Positions 8,806 through 16,781 of a DNA stretch of 64,000 bases are shown in pieces. The notes beneath the pieces are model-generated. The model was given only the letters and a program-made list of their open reading frames with translations, made no database searches and was not told where the DNA came from. The DNA is from an uncultured Acetatifactor sp. (lineage in GTDB: Bacteria > Bacillota > Clostridia > Lachnospirales > Lachnospiraceae), in contig CAJUCP010000015.1 of assembly GCA_910585425.1 (NCBI GenBank), forward strand, positions 39,307 through 103,306, in the 5' to 3' direction. Within the stretch, counting starts at the first letter, position 1, and each line of letters opens with the position of its first letter. Position numbers and translations under genes: made by a program.

Positions 8806-9060
8806 ATGGAGATATCCGGGACAGTACAGGGGGAGCCCACGCTGCTGGAAAACTGCTGCGTCTTCTCCGTAGAGGGGAGGGACGGCCTGTACCTGATCTT
8901 GTCAACTGACAGGCAGGCGGTAAAGGATCATATTTTTATCGAAAGGGGACAGGAGGTACAGGTGATCGGCAGCAGATTGGAGCAGGGGAGCTTTCGGGGA
9001 ATTTTTTTGACCGAAAGGGCAAAGATTGAAGTCAAAAGGTTTGAATCAGACGGGGAGTAA
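8806..9060 (+). CDS. Small hypothetical protein (84 aa), probably co-transcribed with the sigma fusion
   Basis: GGAGGGA RBS and a start 27 nt after the upstream stop. I recognise no family. Confidence 0.45.
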   Translation: MEISGTVQGEPTLLENCCVFSVEGRDGLYLILSTDRQAVKDHIFIERGQEVQVIGSRLEQGSFRGIFLTERAKIEVKRFESDGE

Positions 9061-9151
9061 TCTTGTGTATTATGCTTCTGGTTTGTTTTTGGGAGAAATG
9101 GGCAGAGGATATGCGGGGTTGCCCCTGGACAATCGATATAACGACGAATTT

Positions 9152-9174
9152 CCGAATAGCCTGTGAGGGTAATC
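9152..9174 (+). repeat. Right copy of the 23-bp direct repeat CCGAATAGCCTGTGAGGGTAATC
   Basis: It matches 2667-2689 at 22 of 23 positions in the same orientation. It sits just outside the terminator of the minus-strand operon. Confidence 0.8.
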
Positions 9175-9185
9175 CGAGCAGACAT

Positions 9186-9220
9186 GAAAAGCGCCCTCTG
9201 CCGTGGCTGGCAGGGGGCGC
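9186..9220 (-). terminator. Rho-independent terminator of the minus-strand sugar operon
   Basis: Hairpin GCGCCCTCTGCC / GGCAGGGGGCGC at 9191-9220. On the minus strand it is followed by TTTTC (9186-9190). It lies 58 nt past the isomerase-family stop codon. Confidence 0.6.
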
Positions 9221-9277
9221 GGTTTCATGCTTCCGTAGCCGAGCGGTGGAAGCGGCGTGTACATGCCATAGGGCGTG

Positions 9278-10702
9278 TCAGCTTAAGTCCAGACAGGCAA
9301 ATCCCATTAAATCGGCGAAGGCGGCAATCTCCCCTGCCCAGTTGCCGTCAGTCAGGGCATAGTGCTGAGTGACTCCGAACTCCAACAGCCTTCCGAAGAA
9401 TTCCGTGGCCGGTATCCTGGATTTTAAGAGGCCATGGGAATATCCCGCAAGAAAATGTTCACATTCCAGAGCGTCCACCACGCCTACGGCAATCTTGAAG
9501 GAGGAGCCGTCCTGAGAAATGTGGACCATGGTCTTTTCGCCCGCGCCAATGAGATTCCAGGTAAAGGGCGCTCCGGCATGCCTGTAATTCGTTCTGGCGA
9601 AGCGGGTGTCTTCGGAAATCAGAGTCTTGCTCCCGGGATTGGTGTAATCCTGAGGGCCCGCATGTCCCGCCGCAAAGGTATCGTCCTCATAGTTGATGTA
9701 GAAGGGTTCGATAAAGTTTACCGGCTGGCCGGAGAGCTTGTTCAGGATATAGCAGGCCAGCCCGGCGCCGATATCGCCTTCCGGCACCACCATTACGTCC
9801 TCTGTGCCGGGGCAGGGGGTGAAGCCGGGGCGGAGGCCTACCTTGGAGAGCAAAGTGGCATCTATGTCATTCAGCACCAGAAGCTCCACCTCGTGACGCC
9901 TCGCCAGCTTCTCCAGGGCCAGGGAGGCGGCCACGGAGGCGTGCATTTTGTCGGGCTTTACAGTGCCGTCGCTCTCGTATTTGTCCAGGATAGATGTCAT
10001 GGCAGCTTCCACTGTCTCTTCGGGAAGGGCATCGATTTCATCGAGGAGCTGAATCACGGAGAGAAAACGCAGCTCCGGCCCCATCTCCGTGAACAGAGCA
10101 TAGGGATCCACATAGGTGGCCCACATGACTTCGTTGTAGGAGGCCAGCAGGCCGAAACTGGTCTGCCGCAGCTCGCTTCTCAGGGCACAGATCCTGGCGA
10201 AGCGCATAGTCTCCTCCATGACCTTTTCCATGGGGCCTATGACCTGCCGCAGCAGGGGACGGTGGAAACGGGCAATGGAGCCGGAGGCTTCCTGGCTGCC
10301 TACCAGGCCTCCTGCCGCCAGGAACTCCACGAAGCGGTCCTCGGTCATGGAATCGGAAAAACGCTGCTTCGGCAGGACGATGGTGGCGAAAAGGACGGGG
10401 ACAGGAGGCATATCCCGCAGGAAACGGATCCATGCGAAATCGTCAGACCATGAGAGGAAAGAAGCGAATATCATGTCGGCATGGCCCTTTGTGAAAGCGT
10501 CCATGGCCGCTGCAAGGTCTTCTCTGGTGTATACTACACCGGGGAAAATCAGTTCGGCATGCTCCAGACGTTTGCACAGGTCGTCGGCCACCAGTCCCTT
10601 GCGCCTGTAGAAGAAGCCGTGTTCCGTGTCCGCTCCCAGGTCATGGAAACGGGGGGTGGATATGAGCAGAATGCCGATGACGGGTTGTTTCAGTTTTTTC
10701 AT
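9278..10702 (-). CDS. L-fucose/L-arabinose isomerase family protein
   Basis: About 474 aa starting MKKLKQPVIGILL, with RBS GGAAAGGA. The C-terminal portion (GHAGPQDY, FGVTQHYALTDGNW) resembles the FucI/AraA C-terminal domain. The ORF-track start at 10765 would overlap the rpiR gene. Confidence 0.7.
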   Translation of the reverse strand: MKKLKQPVIGILLISTPRFHDLGADTEHGFFYRRKGLVADDLCKRLEHAELIFPGVVYTREDLAAAMDAFTKGHADMIFASFLSWSDDFAWIRFLRDMPPVPVLFATIVLPKQRFSDSMTEDRFVEFLAAGGLVGSQEASGSIARFHRPLLRQVIGPMEKVMEETMRFARICALRSELRQTSFGLLASYNEVMWATYVDPYALFTEMGPELRFLSVIQLLDEIDALPEETVEAAMTSILDKYESDGTVKPDKMHASVAASLALEKLARRHEVELLVLNDIDATLLSKVGLRPGFTPCPGTEDVMVVPEGDIGAGLACYILNKLSGQPVNFIEPFYINYEDDTFAAGHAGPQDYTNPGSKTLISEDTRFARTNYRHAGAPFTWNLIGAGEKTMVHISQDGSSFKIAVGVVDALECEHFLAGYSHGLLKSRIPATEFFGRLLEFGVTQHYALTDGNWAGEIAAFADLMGFACLDLS

Positions 10703-10724
10703 ATAAGAATCCTTTCCCACACGC

Positions 10725-11585
10725 CTATTCCGGGTTGGACTGCGTGTGCTTTTTGGCCGAGGCAAGGCGGGTCCTGTCCAGTTGGGACTTGACCTGCGTG
10801 TATTCGCTGCTCGCCACGGCGGTATAGAGGATATCGATAATGGTGAGCTGGCCGATTCGTGACCCCATGGCTCCGCTGCGCACCAGCGCGTCGGCGGAGG
10901 AGGAGTAAAGGCAGATGTCGGCGAGCTTGGCCAGGGGATTTTTGGAATATTTGGTCAGGCTGATCAGGGTGGCAGGGGTCTGCCTGACGATGTCGGCAGT
11001 CTCCAGGATGTCCTTGGTGTTGCCTGAATAGGAGATCAGCACTGCCACATCCCCCATGGAGAGCTGGGAGGCATTCAGAATCTGCTGGTGCGGGTCGTTG
11101 GTAGACATGGACAGCTTGTTGATGCGGACGAATTTATTATAGGCGTCCATGGCTACGTGGCCGGAGGAACCGATGCCGTAAAAGTCCACCCGCCTGGCAG
11201 CGATCATGGCGGCCACGGCCCGCTCCAGCTCTCCCAGCTCCAGCACGGCCATGGTATTTTCGATGGCGTGCATGTCGTTGGCGCAGACAGCGTTCATCAC
11301 CGCCTCCACGGAGCTGCCCGGGCGGATATCACCGTACTCCTCAGCGGAGGAAGACTGGACAATGTCGATGGACAGATCCCTGGAGAACGCCTTGTATCCA
11401 TTGTAGCCGGCGCTTTTGCACAGCCGGACCACGGTGGAGATGCTGGTATCGCAGGCATTGGCCAGCTCGGCGATGGACATATTGACCACTTCGGAGGGGA
11501 ATTCGATGATGAACTGCGCAAGTACCTTTTCCTTGGAAGTAAGGGTATTTAACATTTCTTTCAGCTTGAATCGACAATTGGCCAT
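10725..11585 (-). CDS. MurR/RpiR family transcriptional regulator (HTH plus SIS domain)
   Basis: N-terminal HTH MSIAELANACDTSISTVVRLCKSAGYNGYKAF. SIS domain with FYGIGSSGHVA and VLISYSGNTKD. Confidence 0.9.
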   Translation of the reverse strand: MANCRFKLKEMLNTLTSKEKVLAQFIIEFPSEVVNMSIAELANACDTSISTVVRLCKSAGYNGYKAFSRDLSIDIVQSSSAEEYGDIRPGSSVEAVMNAVCANDMHAIENTMAVLELGELERAVAAMIAARRVDFYGIGSSGHVAMDAYNKFVRINKLSMSTNDPHQQILNASQLSMGDVAVLISYSGNTKDILETADIVRQTPATLISLTKYSKNPLAKLADICLYSSSADALVRSGAMGSRIGQLTIIDILYTAVASSEYTQVKSQLDRTRLASAKKHTQSNPE

Positions 11586-11732
11586 ACCGGCACCTCCGTA
11601 ATGTGGTATATTCGTGTAAGATATGCATTATTGTAGCATAGGACGGCAAAAAAAGCCATATGTTTATGCCCGCGCCCTGCCCATGCCGCCCGCCCCGTCC
11701 AGGCCGGGTACAGGGGATTGGGCAGGGCCTGG

Positions 11733-12662
11733 TCAGCCGCAGACGGTCAGTTCCGGCGCATATCTGGCAGCCCCGAACAGGGGGCTCAGGTCGATGTCCT
11801 TAGCCGGGATGGCACGGATGCCGGCAGGAGAAAGGACGGCTCCAAGCTGTGGCAGGAAAAGGTCGGCCGACTTGGAGATGGCGCCGCCCAACAGGACGGT
11901 GTCGGACTGGCATTCCCGCAGCACCGGCAGCAGGATACGGCCCAGATGGAGGCCGGTGTCCTGGAAGGCCTCCAGGGCCATGGCGTCCCCCGCTCTGGCC
12001 AGTCCGGCGATTTCGGCTACCGTCAGTTCAGGGCTGGCGCCTTGCGACCGTTCCAGATACCTGTTCAGGATGCCCCGCTTGGATACGTAGCTTTCGCCGG
12101 TGCTCCTGAGATAAGGGCGGGAATAGAGAACCACGGCAGGGCCGCCCATGGGATTCTGCCGGATTTTCCCGTCGCGCATGCAGGCGAAGCCCAATCCCGT
12201 GCCTATGGTGACGCCACAGAGGCGCCTGCCGGGAGGAGCTGAAAGGCCTGCGCCCAGAAGGAAGGCCGTGGAATCATGGAGGAAGGACACCTGGCAGTCC
12301 TTTCCGATGCTTTCCTGCAGGACAGGAGACAGCGGGACTCCATATATTTCTTGAAATTTATGCCGCATCAGGCTGCAGCCCGCCATATAATCAAAGGGGC
12401 CTGGCGTACAGACAGCCGCGCGGAGGATGGAGAGGCCTGCGCGGGAGGCCAGGTCGGACGCTTTTCGCCCCAAGGCCCTGTAGGCAGAGAGGATTTCCTC
12501 CCTGCCGCCGTCGGAGCGCACATCCACGGAGAAGAAGCTGCGGCGTACCCATTCCGCGCATTCTTCTGCATTTCTGGTATGCGGCCCTGCCGGAATCAGG
12601 GCTGCCTTTAAGGAGGTCCCGCCAGCGTCCACCGCCAGGATACAGGAATCAGAGCGTGTCAT
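11733..12662 (-). CDS. ROK-family sugar kinase
   Basis: ILAVDAGGTSLKAALI phosphate-1 motif, GVTIGTGLGFACMRDGK, and LLGGAISKS. The start overlaps the upstream gene's stop, suggesting translational coupling. The ATG at 12668 is an alternative start. Confidence 0.75.
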   Translation of the reverse strand: MTRSDSCILAVDAGGTSLKAALIPAGPHTRNAEECAEWVRRSFFSVDVRSDGGREEILSAYRALGRKASDLASRAGLSILRAAVCTPGPFDYMAGCSLMRHKFQEIYGVPLSPVLQESIGKDCQVSFLHDSTAFLLGAGLSAPPGRRLCGVTIGTGLGFACMRDGKIRQNPMGGPAVVLYSRPYLRSTGESYVSKRGILNRYLERSQGASPELTVAEIAGLARAGDAMALEAFQDTGLHLGRILLPVLRECQSDTVLLGGAISKSADLFLPQLGAVLSPAGIRAIPAKDIDLSPLFGAARYAPELTVCG

Positions 12663-14502
12663 TTTCATATCCTTCTTTCAACAATGTCTTGTGCATGGTC
12701 ACTACGCCCACACCTAAATTGACTGCCTCATAAGCGCCGAAGCCTGCCGGTACGATGACTATCTCCAGATAATCCTGGATGAAAAATCTGTCGGGATTTG
12801 TCAGGGAGCGGATGATGCAGCGCTCGCCCTCCGCCAGCACGAGGACGTGGAACCGGTCTGTGGCTTCGTCGGTATAGCGCTTGGAAAAGCGCACGTTGCG
12901 CAGGCTGAAATAAATCAGGTCATGCTGGCCCACGATGGTCTCCGTGAAGTCCTCCGTCCTGCGGATGACGCGGGGGCGCTGCACCAGATTTTCGGACACC
13001 CATTCCGCGTTGCGGCCGTACTCCAGCACCTGTTCCCCATGATGGCTATGGATGGGGCGGGGGTTGCCGTCCAGATCCCTGCGCAGGTAGTCGTACATTT
13101 TGTAGGTATAGGAACCTACGGTCAGGCTGCCGATTTCCAGTATGACCTGATTGCGGCCGGAGGCATGGATGGTGCCTGCGGGGAGCAGAAACTGCATACC
13201 CGGCCTGGAGGGGACGGAATTGATGTACCTGTCGTGGTCAAAGGGGACCTTGTCCTGCTCGGCACGTCTGACACAGGAAAGGAATTCCTCTTTGTCAAGG
13301 CCGTTTGCGAAGCCGCAGTAGGTCCTGGCCTCCTGTCCGGCCACGAGGACGTAATAGCTCTCGTCCTGCCTGCCCAGCTCATTATTGTGGGCCTGCACAT
13401 AGGCCCTGCCAGGGTGGACCTGTATGGACATGTTGCCGCTGGCGTGGTAGGTATCGTCGTAATTGAAGCGGATCGGGAAGTAGCCGTGGAACTTTTCGGC
13501 CACCTTTTCGCCCATCAGCCTGGCCCCTGCAATCTGTACGAAGAAATAGAAGGGGAATTCCATCTCGAATGAGTCCATGGCCGCCACGATGGATACCTCC
13601 ATGGGAATCAGGTCGAAGACCCAGGCGCAGTTCTTCATTTCGGGGGGAAGGCGGCGCAGACGGTGCACATAATAACCGCCCCATACGCCTTCCAGATACA
13701 CCGGACGGCACCGCAGAGGATAGGATGCCATCAGTTCGAACAGCTCCTTGAGGCGTGCCACGCTGATCATCTGGATTTGGTCAGGATGGTCGCCGGTGAG
13801 GTAATACTCCACGATTTCGTCCCGAACCACCTCCTGGCGGAGGGGGAAACTGGCTTCGAAATCTACATAATAACTATGGCGGAGCATCATACTATAAGTG
13901 TCTCTTTCTTTCATGCCCAGATTGCCGCATTTCCCGGAACGGATATTGAGGATTGTCCTTTTTTGTGTCATATCCATATAGATTTTCAGGTCGCCGTATC
14001 CGCGGAGCTCAGGAATCAGGGCGCCGTTTCCGTAGAAGAGGAGAAGCCCTCTGCCCTCCCTCTGAAACGCTTCCAGCCTGTCGGCGGCCCGGGCTGTCCG
14101 GTCAGGCTCCATCAGCCCCTGCAATCCCCCTTCGTAGAGGCGGCCGAAGAGAAGCACAGGGTCATGCTCCCTGTCCTCCGGCAGATAAGGGAGCAGCCGC
14201 CGGTGCAGGACATCGCTGTCCGCCCACAGGCTGTCGGTGGAGAGGGTGCTCACCGGTATCCCGCGCAGGGATGCCTGGATGGAAATCTGCCCTATGAGCT
14301 GGGTGAACGGGGCGCTGATGAAACCATCGAGGATCAGGATGCATCTGTCCTTTTGGGCAATCACCGCGGCTGCATCGGATACGAGCTTTTTGGACGTGTC
14401 AGGCGTAGTCTGGGTCACGGAGCGGCAGAAGGCCTCGTCCATTGGCATGGGGTTGACGGCTTTCGGGTCGTCGTAGGGATATGGATTGAACATGAAACTC
14501 AT
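12649..14502 (-). CDS. Class I mannose-6-phosphate isomerase family protein with an unrecognised ~260-aa N-terminal domain
   Basis: The C-terminal half has the cupin-type PMI signature (NMSIQVHP, LLPAGTIHASG). RBS AAGGAGG lies 8 nt upstream. I match the N-terminal half to no family. Confidence 0.65.
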   Translation of the reverse strand: MSFMFNPYPYDDPKAVNPMPMDEAFCRSVTQTTPDTSKKLVSDAAAVIAQKDRCILILDGFISAPFTQLIGQISIQASLRGIPVSTLSTDSLWADSDVLHRRLLPYLPEDREHDPVLLFGRLYEGGLQGLMEPDRTARAADRLEAFQREGRGLLLFYGNGALIPELRGYGDLKIYMDMTQKRTILNIRSGKCGNLGMKERDTYSMMLRHSYYVDFEASFPLRQEVVRDEIVEYYLTGDHPDQIQMISVARLKELFELMASYPLRCRPVYLEGVWGGYYVHRLRRLPPEMKNCAWVFDLIPMEVSIVAAMDSFEMEFPFYFFVQIAGARLMGEKVAEKFHGYFPIRFNYDDTYHASGNMSIQVHPGRAYVQAHNNELGRQDESYYVLVAGQEARTYCGFANGLDKEEFLSCVRRAEQDKVPFDHDRYINSVPSRPGMQFLLPAGTIHASGRNQVILEIGSLTVGSYTYKMYDYLRRDLDGNPRPIHSHHGEQVLEYGRNAEWVSENLVQRPRVIRRTEDFTETIVGQHDLIYFSLRNVRFSKRYTDEATDRFHVLVLAEGERCIIRSLTNPDRFFIQDYLEIVIVPAGFGAYEAVNLGVGVVTMHKTLLKEGYENDTL

Positions 14503-14630
14503 GATGATATCCTCCTTTCGTTATTATGCGCTTTGCGGCGTCCCGGATCCTGTGCCCGGATATGCCGCTGTGCTCATCATTGTTTGCCTGTACTTTGTAT
14601 TTTATCTCAATTCACGCCAAGATGCAATAA

Positions 14631-14669
14631 AAATATCAAAAATAAATATCAAAAATAAATATATAAAAA
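14631..14669. repeat. 13-bp A-tract tandem repeat (AAATATCAAAAAT x2 plus a degenerate third) in the divergent promoter region
   Basis: Read directly: 14631-14643 equals 14644-14656, and 14657-14669 is degenerate. Confidence 0.7.
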
Positions 14670-14818
14670 GAAAATATTGGAGCATGGCAAGGCAGAAAAC
14701 ACGGATAAATGCATTAAAAACGGTGTAAACGAGGCTTATACAATATGAATACAAGGCGGAAAGAATAATAAGAATGCAAAAACATGTCAAAAATATACGA
14801 TAAAAATGACAAAAACAG

Positions 14819-14847
14819 TTGACATTTGTAGAGGGTGCATATATAAT
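14819..14847 (+). promoter_or_regulatory. Consensus sigma-A promoter of the first ABC-transporter/glycosidase operon
   Basis: TTGACA (14819-14824), a 17-nt spacer, then TATAAT (14842-14847). Confidence 0.65.
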
Positions 14848-14974
14848 TATAAATACTTCTAGGAGAAACGCTGAAAACCAGCATCAATGATTAACAGGAA
14901 GGAGGAAATTTGGGGCTTCGTGGAAACGAATGGTGCAGATTGTCAATCAAAAAATGGGAAAGAAAGGAAAAAAT

Positions 14975-16705
14975 ATGAAGAAAAATAAAATGATGATCAT
15001 GGCAAAGGTTCTGCCGATTGCGCTTTGCACAGTGCTGCTGGCTGCCTGTGGGGACAGTGGAAGCGATGAGAGCGCCGGCACGAATGAGAATGTGGGCGCC
15101 GGTACTGACGCCGGTAAGGAAAGCGAAGAGGGAGATGCCGCAGAGGAGTCCGGAACAGAGGATTCTGCGACGCTGACAGTCTGGGTGCCGGAGAGTATCC
15201 GTATCGAGGACTGGAATACCAACGACATGACCCTTTGGCTGGAGGAGCAGGGCGGGTTTGATCTGAATATTGTCACATTGCCTGCGGACGGCTTCTCGGA
15301 GAAGGTAAACATGTCCCTGAGCGCAGGGGACATCGGGGATCTTCCGGATGTGATACTGGGTAACTTCGGCGATTCTGCCGTGTGGAGCTGGGCGCAGGCC
15401 GGGTCGGTCGTTTCCCTGACAGATTACTATAATGATCCGGATAAGACGCCGAACATAAGGAAAGCGTATGAGCGGACAGGTGTGGATTATACAAAGCAGA
15501 TCACTTCCCCTGACGGCAATATCTATGGGGTGGCGACGCTGAACCAGTCCTATGGCAATGAATACCCGGACAAGCTCTGGATCTATAAGCCCTGGCTGGA
15601 TGCCCTGGACCGGGAAGTACCCACCACCACGGAGGAATTCCGCGAGCTGCTGAAGCTGGTGAGCACCACGGATTTGAATGGAAACGGCAAGGCGGATGAA
15701 ATCGGGATGGCAGGGGCCAGACTGGGAGGTTCCGGGTACGGCGGATATGCCAGGGTTTTGATGAATGCATTCGAGTATACGGGCGATGTCTGCTACAGGA
15801 CAGTGAAGGACGGTGTCATCGGCGCTGCCTATACGACGGACGAATGGAAAGAGGGGCTTTCCTATATAAAGGAAATGTTTTCTGAGAATCTGATTCTCGG
15901 CCAAAGCCTGAGCATGGGGGACGACGAATTCAAGACCCTGATCAACAGCGACGAGCCTGTAGTATTCTCCTTTGCGTATTTCGCACCGGACATGATCGCC
16001 TCCGGATCGGACCGCGCGAATGAATACATTGCCATCGATACGCTGGCAGGCCCTGGCGGTGTGAATTATGCCACCTATCGCCCCACGGTAGCGAATATAT
16101 CTCTGCTCGTCACCGCGAACTGCAAAAATCCGGAGGCGGCCTTTAAGCTGGGGGATCTGATGAGCAGCGAATATATCGGCATCTCCCAGCGCTGGGGGAA
16201 GGAAGGCGTGAACTGGGATTACGCTGAGAATGTGGACGATATGAGCACATTTTCCGAGCCGCTCAACGGCTTTGAACCCTCGATTGCCACATATGACGAC
16301 GCCAGCTTCTGGAGCGGCACTGAAGTGGCGAACTATAGCTGGCGCCAGACAGGGCCGTATGTACGCCAGTACGGCATTGCCTGCGGCGTAGTGATTCCCA
16401 CAGAAGGCGGAAGCGGCGACCCTTATACGGAGAACCTAAACGCGGCATGGATTCTGTACCAGACCAGCGGCCACCAGCCGGAGGAAGTGATCCCCAAGCT
16501 GATACTGACGGAAGAAGAGACAAAGGCGATCGGTGAGGTGGAGAGCAATCTTGTCAAATATGTGGAAGAATGCTGGGCCGGCTTTGTGACAGGCAGTATG
16601 GACATTGACGGCCAGTGGGACGGATATCTGGAGGAGCTGGACAAAATCGGACTGCAGGAATACCTCAGCGTGGTTCAGACCGCATATGACCGTATGTACA
16701 AATAG
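14975..16705 (+). CDS. Extracellular solute-binding lipoprotein of a carbohydrate ABC transporter (LplA-like, large type)
   Basis: Signal peptide plus lipobox (MKKNKMMIMAKVLPIALCTVLLAACG), then a Ser/Glu-rich linker. Size and adjacency to two permease genes fit the call. Confidence 0.85.
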   Translation: MKKNKMMIMAKVLPIALCTVLLAACGDSGSDESAGTNENVGAGTDAGKESEEGDAAEESGTEDSATLTVWVPESIRIEDWNTNDMTLWLEEQGGFDLNIVTLPADGFSEKVNMSLSAGDIGDLPDVILGNFGDSAVWSWAQAGSVVSLTDYYNDPDKTPNIRKAYERTGVDYTKQITSPDGNIYGVATLNQSYGNEYPDKLWIYKPWLDALDREVPTTTEEFRELLKLVSTTDLNGNGKADEIGMAGARLGGSGYGGYARVLMNAFEYTGDVCYRTVKDGVIGAAYTTDEWKEGLSYIKEMFSENLILGQSLSMGDDEFKTLINSDEPVVFSFAYFAPDMIASGSDRANEYIAIDTLAGPGGVNYATYRPTVANISLLVTANCKNPEAAFKLGDLMSSEYIGISQRWGKEGVNWDYAENVDDMSTFSEPLNGFEPSIATYDDASFWSGTEVANYSWRQTGPYVRQYGIACGVVIPTEGGSGDPYTENLNAAWILYQTSGHQPEEVIPKLILTEEETKAIGEVESNLVKYVEECWAGFVTGSMDIDGQWDGYLEELDKIGLQEYLSVVQTAYDRMYK

Positions 16706-16781
16706 GCGATGTGGACAGATAGATGGGGCACCTGAACGATAGCGACAGGTGCCCTGAATTCCTTAAGTCAGGAGGTTTTAG

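Larger units (their letters stand above)
2667..9174. mobile_element. Possible inserted genomic island bounded by 23-bp direct repeats; no recombinase gene inside
   Basis: Direct repeats lie at 2667-2689 and 9152-9174 (22/23 identical). The cargo is accessory-type and visibly AT-richer than both flanks, especially 2700-5800 (judged by eye, not computed). Confidence 0.35.

Noticed and set aside
2667-9174. The island considered as a prophage, ICE or transposon.
   Set aside because: It contains no integrase, recombinase, transposase, conjugation or phage structural genes. I kept only the weaker claim of a repeat-bounded island.
9063-9372. Plus-strand ORFs of 99 and 69 aa in the spacer right of the island.
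   Set aside because: They run across the 23-bp repeat and the terminator hairpin and into the antisense of the isomerase-family gene. They have no RBS.
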